From contig CM119268.1 of assembly GCA_051294375.1 (NCBI GenBank), positions 11,719,585 to 11,783,584 of the forward strand: a stretch of DNA of 64,000 nucleotides. Reading direction: 5' to 3'. Origin of the DNA: Paraspadella gotoi. Taxonomy: Eukaryota; Animalia; Chaetognatha. Positions within the stretch are counted from its first letter, which is position 1; each line of letters begins with the position of its first letter. Shown here one piece after another: positions 48,101 to 60,186 of the stretch. The position numbers and the translations under genes were made by a program. The notes under the pieces were generated by a model that saw only the letters and a program-made list of their open reading frames with translations, searched no databases and was not told the DNA's origin.

Positions 48101-51100
48101 GATCCAAAGACTTCGTCCACAGAATCCAGCCTTCATCAATACTTTCATTTATAACATTCGTTAACCTGTAAAACTCGTGATTGAGTTGAGCGCCGCCGAC
48201 GAAGTCCCGGAAGTGGGCACGGACGCCGGCGAAGGAGGCGACGACTTCCGGCAACGCAGACTCCAACGTCGTCGTCAACTTGTGGAGGCGTTGGAGCCCC
48301 GACCATGTCTCGGAGTCCCACTCTCGGAATCGCTCCTGAAGAAGGAAGATGATGAGAATGATGATGATGATGATGATAATGATGATGGTGATAAAGACGA
48401 TGATGATGATGATGGTGATGACGATGGTGTTGATGATGATGATGACAATAGGTCATCCTGATTAACGGCGATAGTCACCTGCATCAGATGCTTCTCCGTC
48501 TCCGGGAGCAGCACCGCGGGTTCGCTTGACGACCCTTTCCGGAAGAGCTGCAGCAGGACCTCTAGCTGCTGTTGAAACTCCGTCAGTTTTTGGTGAATGT
48601 CCAAAGAATCACCTTGAACAGGGAATGCCGAACGTGAGCGATGAAAGTACGGTTTTATAATTAATTTAATGCAATATTAATCAATTCTCACTGAGAATAT
48701 CTTCGGTAAACTTTTCCAGTCTTTCGGAAAGGGTCACAAAATTCGGAGAGAGGACGAATCTCCCCAGCTCCATCTTCGAGACGAATTGGCTATGAAACGA
48801 CTTCGTTCTGCGGGAGAAAATTTGTTTTGTAATTTTGTATTTCTACCAAAAGTAGCTCACCTGTTGACTAGAGAGTAGTCTAGCTCGTCTTGAGAGCGTC
48901 GACTTTGCTGCTGCTGAGTTGATGCAGACCCTCGAGTCGCCGCACGATCTCAAGTAGGTCTTTCTGAGTCTCGTCCAGGGTGTGCCCCAACTCCCCAAGG
49001 TCCACCGAGAGCTCGTCCTGGAAAGAGGGGGGATTAATTGATTTAATTATTTAAATGTTGATGTAATGGTTTTAATTGGTTTTATTGACATGTTTGATGT
49101 AATTAATTTGTTCGATTGTTCATATTGATCATTTAATATGACCATTTCATTGATTAGTTGATTGGATGATTATTCTATTGATTGATTGAATGATTGATTG
49201 ATGGATTTTTTAAGTCACACATTAACCTCTATGCTTTTGTATTCGCTCAGAAGATCTTGAATGGTTCGTTGATGATTCTCGAGAGAAGACGAAATATTCT
49301 GAAAGAAAAAAATTAGAACTGTTATTTTTTGGGGGTCATTTTTGGTGGTAACATCAATTTTACGCCCGCGAAATATACCCAAAATTAGAATGCGCGTTGT
49401 TAAGCAACTTTCAAGCAATCGAAACTTTTTTTTTTTCTGTTCACTTCTCCAATTCTTTCCCTTTCCAGGCTTCTCCAGACTTTACGATCCAAATCAAGCC
49501 TTTTCCTCACGCCCGGACCCGCCAAATTCCCCGTCCAAAAAATACCTTCACCATCCCCCAGCATCCCTCCATCCCCCCCCCACCCGCCAAAACCTGCTCA
49601 CACATCTCCAATTCCCTGAGCACCGATTTCCCCGCCATTGTCTGGTTCTTCAGGAAGCGGGCGTGGCTCTCCTCGATGCGTCGCGTTCCCTGCAGGCGCC
49701 GCCGCCGCCGTGGAGGGAAGGAAGAGAGAGAGAGAGAGAGAAAAAAAAAGGTAATGATCCAATTAATGGACGATCGAAGGGAAAAATTTGAAGGGAAAGG
49801 GTTATAGCCCGGGGGGGTAAGGGGTAAGGGGGACAGGTGGGGGGAGAAAGGCGGGGAGACGACGTGGATTACGTTTTCGTTAAAAGTTAGAGGTAGGAAG
49901 AAAAGTGAAGTAACGTTTTTTTAAATAGTCGGATAAAATTGGAAAAAAAAAAACATTTTTAGTCGGATCTGCTTATCAGCAGATCCCGACTCTACAATTC
50001 ACTTTGTCGGTCCGTCGGTCAATCAATCAATCAATCTATCTATTTATCTATTAATTAATTATTCAATCAATCTGTAAATAAATCAATCAATCAATCTATC
50101 AATCAAATCAATCGTTATAGGCATTATTGTCGTCGTCGCCACCGTCGTCGTCATTGCTTTGTTTAGTGACGAAAAGACCTAATTTCAGATCAAAAATTAA
50201 TTATTATTAATTAATAACGCTAATGATCGTTGCAGATCCGAAAAATTGTTTGCTTAATCTTGTTTAAAAATTTGTACACTTTAAATAAAGTTTTGACATT
50301 CATTTAATAAATGACTTTAGAACTGCGATGATGTTTTAGGACCCTGCAAGCTTTGAATCAAAAACTATCTCACTGACTTTATTAACTCCCTTAACAGAAA
50401 AGGGGTAAATATTATTTTAAGTTGTTAATTAAATCGAACATCGTTTTATTTCTTCAAAAAATTAACTAACTGAACTCGGAGTAAGAAATATTTTGTGCCG
50501 CAAAGTAAAAAGAAATAATGGTTTAGTCGAAGGATAAAGTGTGAAAAACTGTGAATGGTGAAAGTCGAGATGAAGGGATGACCTTCTTTTTGGAAAGGAA
50601 GGACGTGGATGATGGAAACTCCGATAGTGACGGTGACAAAAAGGGACGCGTTTATGGTGAAAGCTGTGACGATCATTGTGAGTGAAGGTGAGTTTTCCTC
50701 ATGAGAATTAAGTCGAAAGACTTGATGATAGAAAAGATTATGAAGACGAAGTTAATCACGATCTACGATTTTGATGATTATTTTGATAATAACAATAACG
50801 AGTGAAAAGAACCTCACCTTGTTCCTGAGAGTGATAGTGATGTCGCGAGTGATCCTCTCCGTTTTCTCAGAAATGATGGAGGCCTTTTTGAATGGGTAGT
50901 GGGATCGCCGCCAGGAACTTCGTCATCTCGCGCGACTTCAGCTTTTGCCCCTTGGAGAAGAAATCAGTGGAAAAATTAAAGGAAGGAAAAGAAATAAAAA
51001 GTCGAGAAGAAAGAAACTGTCCCAACCATAGACTCGCAACAAATAGAAATATACAATTAAAAATAAGTCCGTAAAAAGACATATTTCGGGTCTCTTTTTT

Positions 51101-51843
51101 TTTTTTTCCGACGGACGAAGCTCGATCACTATTTTTGTCATCTACACCCGCCCCCCACTTTGAATAGCCATAGTAAGGTGTGACAGCAGAAAAATTTTCG
51201 ATCAGGCCTCGCTAAACCCAGCTGTAACCACTACACTTTGAAGGCCATAGTAAGGTGGACAGCTAGAATAATTTCATTAAGCCGTCGCGTTACCCAGCTG
51301 TAACCACAATAGTGGCCCCCTCCGTTCCAGTATCTTTATCGACTATGACTATGACTATGACACACGTCTCCAAATCCTTTTCTCCTTACCTATAACTCTC
51401 CAAAAACTCCAGCTCGTCCTTCCTGGCGTCCTCCAAGGTCTTGTTGTAGTAGATGGACATGTCGTTGACGAGATCGCGGACGTCTTCGAGATTCTCCATG
51501 ATCTTGACGGTGCGATCGATGACGTGGCGGAACTCCTTCTTGCTCCAGTGAAGCTTCGACTTTTTCTTGGCGATGTCCTTCTGCAGGATCATCTTTTCCT
51601 AAGGGTGGCATAACGTAGTGGACGAGGGGGTGTTTATTTTTAAACATACTTGCTTGTAGTTTTATAAAGGTTTGTAAATAGTATTTCTTATTTCAATAAA
51701 AAAAATGGTTTACTTTAGAAATTTCGTCCATGACAAAATTGAGCGTCAATTGGCGAGAACTTCGACTCCCGACGATTCCGTTGTAATCTTGAGCGGATCT
51801 GAGAAAAGGAGGTTTTGTAAAGATTGTTTGTTTGTTTGTTTTG

Positions 51844-51886
<43 letters not shown>

Positions 51887-52162
51887 ATTTTTCTTTCTTT
51901 CTATCTCGCTTTATTTTCTTTTGTATTTGTCCATTTTTCTCTCTTCCTCTTTTTGTTTTTTTTCATCTTGAGTCTTTACCCTTCCAAAAATCTCCTACCT
52001 TCCAAGGATGGAGTGTTGTCGCCTGAGGAAATCTTCGAAGAGACCGAAGAACTTGTTGAGGGTGTTGTTAAGCCTCTTGGTGACGTCATCGATGGGGGGG
52101 CGTTCTTGTCTCACCGCTCGCAAGATGGCGTAGTAGGAACGAAGCATACGAGAGAGCATGTC
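45200..52162 (-). CDS. Second DEG/ENaC channel gene, 3' part, with long helical extracellular insertion
   Basis: Terminal exons 45582-45491 (RNFVTLDIYFERLETFNYSQYPAYNVFEFL) and 45384-45200 (SDVGGTLALFFGASIFTIYEIIDF; GAS filter). Exon 48335-48166 ends LNHEFYR in phase 2 and joins them. Further helical exons: 48612-48479, 48807-48692, 49017-48861, about 49298-49227, about 49690-49594, about 50950-50818, 51598-51390, about 51798-51713, 52162-51999. A few 1-nt indels are required. The N-terminal exons were not found. Confidence 0.8.
46034..47212 (-). CDS. Vitelline membrane outer layer protein 1 (VMO1)-like secreted beta-prism protein
   Basis: Exons 47212-46915 and 46524-46034 (phase 1). Signal peptide, FCPEKTFVRGFQV, CPSPQHFVNGFRV, and C-terminal WLRCPIGSAICGFQAKVE...DDSGVNEISMFCC. 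Confidence 0.85.
47545..47935 (+). mobile_element. Helentron-associated (HINE/DINE-1-like) non-autonomous element
   Basis: Subterminal inverted repeats GTTGCGCCGC (47554) / GCGGCGCAAC (47902), internal (GTCG)n tract, 3' small hairpin and CTTGT, T-rich flanks; second copy at 32.1-32.5 kb. Confidence 0.75.
49956..50020 (+). mobile_element. 5' end of another HINE-like element
   Basis: tttttAGTCGGATCTGC-ttatca-GCAGATCCCGACT palindrome followed by ctacaattcactttgtcggtccgtcggtc. Confidence 0.55.
51156..51308. repeat. Two-copy direct repeat of about 77 bp in an intron
   Basis: cactttgaa...gccatagtaaggtg...acccagctgtaaccac occurs twice. Confidence 0.75.
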
Positions 52163-52989
52163 CTGAGGCCAAAGAATTCTTTTTATTCTTTTTATTCTTT
52201 TTATTTTTATTCATCGCTTTGTTTCTCTATACTTTTTGCTCTTTACTTTTTCTACTATATCTTCTAAGGGCGACTGTTCTTTAGATTCAGTCACAAATGG
52301 ACTCTCCTTCGTAATGTTTTTTCCTTACTATATAAACACCTCTTAAAGTTGCTAAATATTTATTTCCTTTATTTTTTTATGTCTTTTCTTTGATCAACAT
52401 CACTGCTCCATATTTTTAAACCATTTTTTAGTTATTCTCATGCATATGTGGAGATTTATGTAAAAAAAACTGTGGTCGTAAGCCAACTAAAAACAGCATA
52501 TAAACAAAACGAAAAGAGAAGAAACCTAATATTTAAAAATAATTTTCAACGCGACAACTAGACTTAACGATTTAAATTTAATTTGCATACTGAAGCGCGA
52601 ACGAAAAATCTTTCGAAGATGACATACACGAAATTTTATTCGTCAGTTCGATCGGCCAATCGTCGGCTCCAAATTAATTCATAAGACGCGTGAATCTCGA
52701 CGACATTTTTCGAATCTTCTTCGATAAGTTCATCAACGCGGAGAATTTAGAGACGCAACTTCGCTCTCAAAGATTTTTTAAGATATGACGATAGGGCATT
52801 TCTGCAAATAAAGAGCGATGATAACGATTCAAATCCTATTCAAATCCTATTTTTAGGAGCTAAAAAAAGCTTCGATTGACCCGTTTCGGGCGTCCCTCGG
52901 GGGTNNNNNNNNNNNNNNNNNNNNNNNNNTCGCGCGCGAATATGATCGGAAAAAATTTTAGAAAAAACGAAAAGCGAGCGACGCGACCT

Positions 52990-53662
52990 GAGCCGGACCA
53001 GGCGACCGACGACGATCTACCCAATAGACCTGGTCCGACGAACCCGAAGCCGATCTACCCAATAGACCAGGCCACGACCGACGATCTACCCAATAGGACC
53101 TGGCCGACCCGACCGACGATTCTACCAATAGACCTGCGAGCCGACCGACCGATCACCAATAGACCAGGCGACCGACCGACCGATCTACCCATAGACCAGG
53201 CCGACGACCGACCGATCTACCCAATAGACCTGGCGACCGGATCTCCGAAATCTACCCAAAGACCTGGCGACGACCGACCGATCGTACCCAATAGACCAGG
53301 CCGCGACTGACCGATCTACCCAATTAACCTGGCCACCGACCGACGAGCTACCAATAAGACCTGGCGACCGACGACCGATCTACCCAATAGACCAGGGCCG
53401 ACCGACCGACCATCTACCCAATTAGACAGCCGACCCCTGACCGCCGACCGATCTACCCAATAGACCTGACCGACACCCGACGACCGACGATCTACCCAAT
53501 AGACGACTGGGCGAGCGCACCGACCGCATCTACCCAATAGACCAGGCGCCGACCGACGATCCGATCTACCCAAAGACCTGCGCCGACCGACCGACCGATC
53601 TACCCAATACGACGCTGGCAGCGCGATCACCCAGAACTGCCGAACGCCGACGTCTACCCAAT
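52990..53662. repeat. Minisatellite of about 30-33 bp (CCAGGCCGACCGACCGATCTACCCAATAGA), about 20 noisy copies
   Basis: Recurrent GATCTACCCAATAGACC core. Confidence 0.9.
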
Positions 53663-54307
53663 ATGACGTCTCCTCGCTGAATTGAAAAATGGATTTTTTT
53701 TTTGTCCAGGCGGACGACAAAAGACAGCCGCGTCCCGCGTCCTTGGAACACCCGAAAGGAACAGGCGTGTTTTTCCGATACAATTGTCGGATCTTTGATG
53801 AGCGGCACAACTCTCGATAACCTCGAGACGATCGAGTCACGATCGACGACGCACGACGATAAAACGACGACTTCTGATCTCGTGTGCGACGACGACAAAG
53901 ATGGCGGACCAAAAATCATAAAGAGACTAAAAATGACCAATACCAACAGAACTGAGCACAGCAGCAACATAGCAAACGAACAAGACGTTAGATGTACGAT
54001 GTGAGCATGACGAACAATCGTCTACAATGAAAATGGAGAGACAGTAAGATCGACAGATAATCAGATCGATGATGCGCTTTGCACGGCGAACCAAACGACG
54101 ACCACGACGACGACATCCGACCGACGCCTTGAGAATGATTAGTTCTTATTGTGGAATATCTCGCAAATTCCAGATGAACTGAGTTATGAAATAAAATCCC
54201 GCAGACCCGGGAAAAGCATTAAACCTGATTCTCAGTCTCCACGGAATGATTACGGGACGAGAACTCACACGAGGTTGTCGGAGGCACTATCCTTTGATAC
54301 TCTCTCA

Positions 54308-54346
<39 letters not shown>

Positions 54347-55073
54347 CATCTCTCTCTCTCTTCTCTCTCTCTCTCTCTCTCTTCTCGTCCCCCTTTTCAA
54401 CCACCAACCTTCCTCTCCTCTTTCCTTTCCTCTCTCCTCCTCCTCTCTCTCTCCCTTCTTCTCTCTCCTTGCCCAAAGAAGAACGATCATTTGCACCTGC
54501 CGAGTTGTTGTTCCTCAGGTTGTTGATGACGTTAGTTGCCGATTGTTAAAACGTCTCCGGACGATTGGATGACAACTTGACGCGTTCAAACTCGAAACTC
54601 TTTTCCATCGATCCCAACACTTACACTACGGACCTCATTTTTTCGTTTAATCGATTAATTCATTAATGACTTTTCAATCGCCAACGCAAACGATTATTAG
54701 CCAGATATATACATATTAAAAAAAAGTCTTCCTGCGACATTTTCTCGATCTTCCCGCACGATTATCCACGGGACCGACAAAAACTACCCCCTCACTCCAG
54801 CCCCACCGTCCCCTTCTTCCCCCTCTCAAAAAAATAAAAGAGTTAGGTCGGCCAGTTCAATTTTCTTCTTTCGCGCGAATTCTGACGATATTAACCCCGC
54901 ACTGTGCGGCAGAAAGAGAGAGAGAGAGAGGATGAGAAGAAGAGGAGAAGAGACCGGACAGAAGGCAGGCAGTGTCGAGTTATGCACCGTAGTTTATAAA
55001 CTTGCAGGAGAGCGAGAGCGTGTCGCGCCGACGACCAGATGAGGAGAGCATCGGCGTTCTTCTCGCCATGTGG

Positions 55074-55111
<38 letters not shown>

Positions 55112-55818
55112 AAGAGAGAGAGAGAGACCAGTCGATCAAACCCCCATTATTCATGTTACCTTTATTTTCTTTTCCCCAATAAATTATTGATGTTTTCATC
55201 GCAGAAAGAAAATCGTTGGGTGGGCTGCCAAAAGCGGAAATAAATATGTTCGACGGATTGTAGACACGGGCGGCGTCGGGTGCGCAGCCGGAGAATCAGA
55301 CTGAGAGCTCCTCGTCGCCTGCGCACCTTATTCTCTTATTCAAAAGCAACATTGAGTGCCCAGATCGCTTTTTCTGGCGGGAAATGTGTTGTGTTGAAGG
55401 GGTAAGAAAGAGAAGTGCACTGTGTTGACGACCTTCGATTTAAAAAAAAGAAAAACACACCAAAAAAAGAGGGAAAAACAGGATCGGTAAAACAAGCGCT
55501 TTTCCCTCTTTAAAATTTTAAGCTAAGCGTATTATCGCGTTTGTGGGCGTCGTTCTCGAGCGTTTGAAAATTCGTTTCAGATTCCAGGTTTAAATTATTA
55601 GAAAATGCGCTCTGCGCGCTCGTAAACCAAATTAGAAAGGATTTTACAATTTACTCTTAATACGCGCAAATCAATTGAATCGATAAATTTACATCGAGAA
55701 AAAAAGGGCAGAATTGGACAAACGGTAATAATGAAATATAGATGAATGACGAAAAAAGTTGAGAGAAAAGTAAGAAGGGCGAAGAGAGAGAGAGAAGAGA
55801 GGAGAGAGAGGAGAGGAT

Positions 55819-55851
<33 letters not shown>

Positions 55852-56676
55852 AGAGAGACGAGAGAAGGAGAGAAGAGAGAGAGATGATGAAAGGATAATT
55901 CCGAACAAACGAAGACGACAGATAATGAAAGGCACCAGCTGAAAAAATCATCCGTCCACTTCTTAAATCAAACTTTCCTCGAAAAAAAAAAAACCATCTT
56001 CCCCCAGAATTTAAATTTCACGAATTTCTTAAGTCCTTTTTCCTGTTCAGTTACGGATCCCGCACTGGGTCTCCTGCGTTCCGAACGATGCCGAGCAGAT
56101 GCCAGGAGAGAGTGACGAGAGACGGAAGGACGAGAGAGAGAGAGAAGAGAGAGAAGAGAGATAGAATAGGAGAAAAAAAACAGAATTTGGAAAAAAGAAT
56201 AGAATAGAGGCTTTGGCAGTGAAAACCTTATCTCAACTCCCAGCTAAATACTTAAGGTTCCGGGATCACTTCAATTAAATTATAATTAGGCTAAAACCGA
56301 TCTCGGATTTGAAAAGAAGATGCTCCTGACGAATTCCGAAATATGTATTCACTTCTTACTATTCTTTCAAAGGCGTTAGTCGTTTTTCTCTGCACTTTTT
56401 TTCTGGCTACTTATATAAATATAATAAGCGAAACCTATTTGCAAGAGTGCAGCCCACAACGGTAAGGCGGTTCTAATAAAATTTGGGATGAATTACCCTT
56501 TAGGTCATCAACTCCAATTCTATGAAAAGATATGGTCAAAATTTGCCTTCCTTTCATAGAAAATTGATTATTCTTTAGATCAAATTTTGAGATTATTCCA
56601 TTATATCTTTGAAACAAAAAAACGTTTTCAAAAAAAGGCTCTGCATAGAATCTCCCCCACCTTTCTTTCTTGCCCT

Positions 56677-57540
56677 TATGGGTGACTAAAAATCCACAAC
56701 CGTTCAATCAGCGGCCTTGGTGCCGGCAGGCAAGTTCATTCGCCTCCCAATCCCAAAGTCCGCGGGTTCTAGCCCGGTGGTCGTCTGCAGGTAAGAGAAC
56801 GGGCCTTAACCCGCCTGTAACATGGTGTTACTATCTAGGAAAAAAGTTAGAAACATTTTTTTTTAAAGTTTCATTTATTCAATAAAAAATATAAAAACCA
56901 TGGGTAACAAAACATTATCAATATTTTGGTATGCCCTCCCTCGGCATCGACCACTTTCCTGCATCTCGTCTGGCATGCTCTCGTAAAAAGCTGAACACAC
57001 CAATGTTTTTTGATTTGTTGTATCGCTGTAAAAAATTTGCAATGGTGGAACGAGGATCCAAGTCTATTGCTGATGAAATTGTTGCATCTTCCCTCTTTTC
57101 TCAGAGCACAAAAATTGCAACCTTATGAAAAACCCAAAGAGAGGGGCTGTACTATTCCATAACCAAATTTAAAAAATGAAAAAAATAACTAACTCAATTT
57201 GAAATAAAACAAATAACTTCCAATACCATAGAATGTGGAAAATAAAGACCGATTTTTCCGCCATTTTTTCAACTTTGCAGGTAGCAATTCTTATTTTGCC
57301 TCTTAACTTTCTATACCGGTTGGATCTTACGAAAAAAATGGAAAGGACAGCAACTGAAAGGAAATTTATGTGTAAAGATCTGAAATATCTAGATTTTTAA
57401 AAATCAGCCAAGTTTTCGAGTAGATATCCTCAATTAAAAAATGTTTCTAACTTTTTCCTAGATAGTACCAGCCTGATCCGAAGCTCAGGGACTGCTTATA
57501 TTGAACGGTTCTGTCATTAACACTTGATCAATAATTACTG
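56677..57540 (+). mobile_element. tRNA-headed repeat interrupted by a MITE
   Basis: The halves 56677-56830 and 57466-57540 join to match the uninterrupted copy at 58495-58697. Confidence 0.7.
56831..57465. mobile_element. MITE / non-autonomous Tc1-mariner-type DNA transposon
   Basis: TIRs of about 30 bp (CTATCTAGGAAAAA(A)GTTAGAAACATTTTTT and its reverse complement), TA duplicated at 56829-30 and 57466-67. Confidence 0.85.
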
Positions 57541-58494
57541 TCTTCTTCATTTGGTGAGCCCGAGCTCCGAACACCAACAGCAACAACACACCTTTCAGCG
57601 ACATGCGCTCAACCTGGCGATGCCACTTCCGCCCACAACAACATCACGCGACTGCCTCAACGTGGTGACGAATTTTCCACCAACAGACAACAATTCGCAC
57701 AAGAGACGCACTAACAGCGGAACCTTCTCCCTGAATGCGGAGGCCCGCGCGCAGGGGGTGGAGTATGATGGTCCTAAAAGGATATCATATCAGCCACACG
57801 CTCGTCGTCAGTTCACCTTGCTATTTTTTCCTGTATTTGAACGAAGATAGGTCACTGTACCTGCCTGGCGGTCGCGAACCACGACCACAGGTCTGCCCGG
57901 TGCACGTAGTCCCTCGGGTCGATCGTTTCTGCTAGTTAAGAGCGCAACGGGGCCGCTGGAATAACCGCAGCATGTAAATCATGGTGTACAAGCCTTGATC
58001 CGAAGCTCAGGGACTGCTACTCATTGGCAACGGTTCTGTCATAAATCACTTATCAATAATTTACTTGTCCTTCTACCTAGAATTTTTTCTAAAGATTTCA
58101 GTCCACGGTCTTCGAGCTGCAACTCTTCGTTCTCAAACTTCTTTCGTCAAGAAAGTTAAAATTCCGTACTCATTACTCTGCAACATTCAACACAAACATA
58201 CACAAAACACGGATGTACTATCGACGTTGTTACAGCGACTTGTCTTAAAAAACGGCTACTGTTTGTTAATTTTTTTAATCCAGATTTTGATTTTTTTTTT
58301 TTCAGTTGATTCCTAGAAAATAGGGCAACTATTTATGATATAAGCATTTACATAAAGTAAAAAGCCAAATTTGGAAAATTAATTTGATTAAGTTTTTTAA
58401 ACTAATAAAACTTATTAAAACCATAAAAACCGTCTGGAAAATAGTGATAGAGTAGAAGAGACAGTATAATTATTGTTATGAGGTTTACGTGATA

Positions 58495-58697
58495 GAACCC
58501 GTTCAAATGATAAGCAGTCCCCTGAGCCTTCGGATCAGGCCTGTTACACCATGTTACAGGCGGTTAAGCGCCCCGTCCCTCTTAACTGCAATGACGACCA
58601 CCGGGCTAGAACCCCGGACCTTTGGTTGGAGGCGAATGACTGCCTCCGCACCAATGCCGCCTGTATGAACGGTTTGTGGCGTTTTAGTCCACCATAG
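58495..58697 (-). mobile_element. tRNA-headed SINE-like repeat with subterminal inverted repeats, least degraded copy
   Basis: A-box-like TTGGTGCGGAGG and B-box-like GGTTCTAGCCC, enclosed by AACCGTTCA...TGAACGG(G)TT; a further partial copy lies at about 57900-58060. Confidence 0.65.
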
Positions 58698-59829
58698 TAG
58701 TTTATTTTAGACTTATTAGTGTGATACAATTCAAGTACGTACTTGCATCAAAAGAAGAATTAAATATGAAGAGTAGAAATTGAGCTTACTGTAAAGAATC
58801 CAGTTTTTTAAGTAAAAATTTTTGTCATAGAATTTTAGTTACCTTAAAAAAATATTTTTCTCTTGAAAATCTAGGTTTACCGAGAAAAAAAAATTTTTTT
58901 TAAATTTTCATGAACATTTTAGGTAGATTTTTAAAAGTTTTTCGATTATTTTTTTAATGAAAATCTCCTACAGGATGCAAGAAAATGATTAAAGATACAG
59001 TAAATTGAGATTTCTACAATTTTAGGTGAGTGATCCGCTGGCCTTTAAACGAGTTATCTTTAAGAAAAATATATTTATGATCATAATGTGCGTCTTATCT
59101 TTAAAAAATGCCACTTGAACGCTTATAAAGAATGAATTCGTCATATAAGAGGAAAAACCGATAGACGACCGACGACGGCGACGAACAAGGACGGGGACAT
59201 GGACGGCTGGGACAGGTGTCGCCCCCTTCTTCCCCCCTGTAAATCTCAATTTTCTAAAAAATAAAGGACATAAAAAAATTTAACGTTCATTTAAAAAAAG
59301 AGAGAAAGGGAGGTAACGGTAAACCATCTGTTTGGGTTTTCCTTCGCCCCGCCGGCCTGAGCGAAGATTGTGTTTGTTCGAATGAGTTGCGTTCGCGGAC
59401 GCGAGCGTGAGAAGGGTGTGAATTGTGCGGTGCGTTTTGGACATCACACCCGAAGCGATTGCTCATTTGACTCGCGCGCCCCCCCTCGGTCTCCGTGACG
59501 TCGCCTGTTCGTTTCGGAATTTAACATGATTACAAAAATATGAGCTTTCAAGTTGAGGTTAGTCAAGCGCAAAGAATGTTACTTCGATGATTACTTCGTC
59601 ACAACAAATTTTGTTCTTGAATAATTAAATATATTTTTCTCAAAACCGTTTGGCGCCATAATCGTATAAAAAAAACACTACACCGATTACCGTCCACCAT
59701 CGCCTCCTGTTAATCAATATTAATTTGTCGTAAGAAAATTAAAAAAAAAAAACAACTAAGCGAAATTTGTCAAAAACAAAATAACGACGAAAATACAAAT
59801 AAGCCTTATTTGTTTTCGTCGTTTATAAG

Positions 59830-60137
59830 GAGCAGGTCGCGAATCGTGTCTGGAAATATAGGCCTCCATAGGGTCGCCGGAAAAACCGAGCCGAGCTCCC
59901 CCCCTCCTCCCGGGCACGTCCCCGGCGCCTCCGCACCCCCCCCCGTATCTTGCCGCTCCACATCTGGGGAGCCGCCAACAAAAACTGGCCCATGTGCGCG
60001 CCGCCGGTGCCAGCGGGGAAAGCTGGGGCCAGGGGCAGAAGCTGCAGCCCGAGGCGCCGGGGCGCCGCGAAGAGGGAAAAGGAAGGAGAAGAAAAAAAGA
60101 AGAGGGAGGAGAGAGGAGAGAGAGAGAGAGAGAAAGA

Positions 60138-60186
<49 letters not shown>

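Noticed and set aside
48861-50950. Frameshifts suggesting the second channel is a pseudogene
   Set aside because: They are single-base homopolymer-type indels with splice sites otherwise intact; assembly error is more likely.
58075-59520. Possible minus-strand exons and a CpG-rich promoter (TCGCGCGCC, TGACGTC)
   Set aside because: No consistent reading frame or homology in this error-rich region; cannot be supported.
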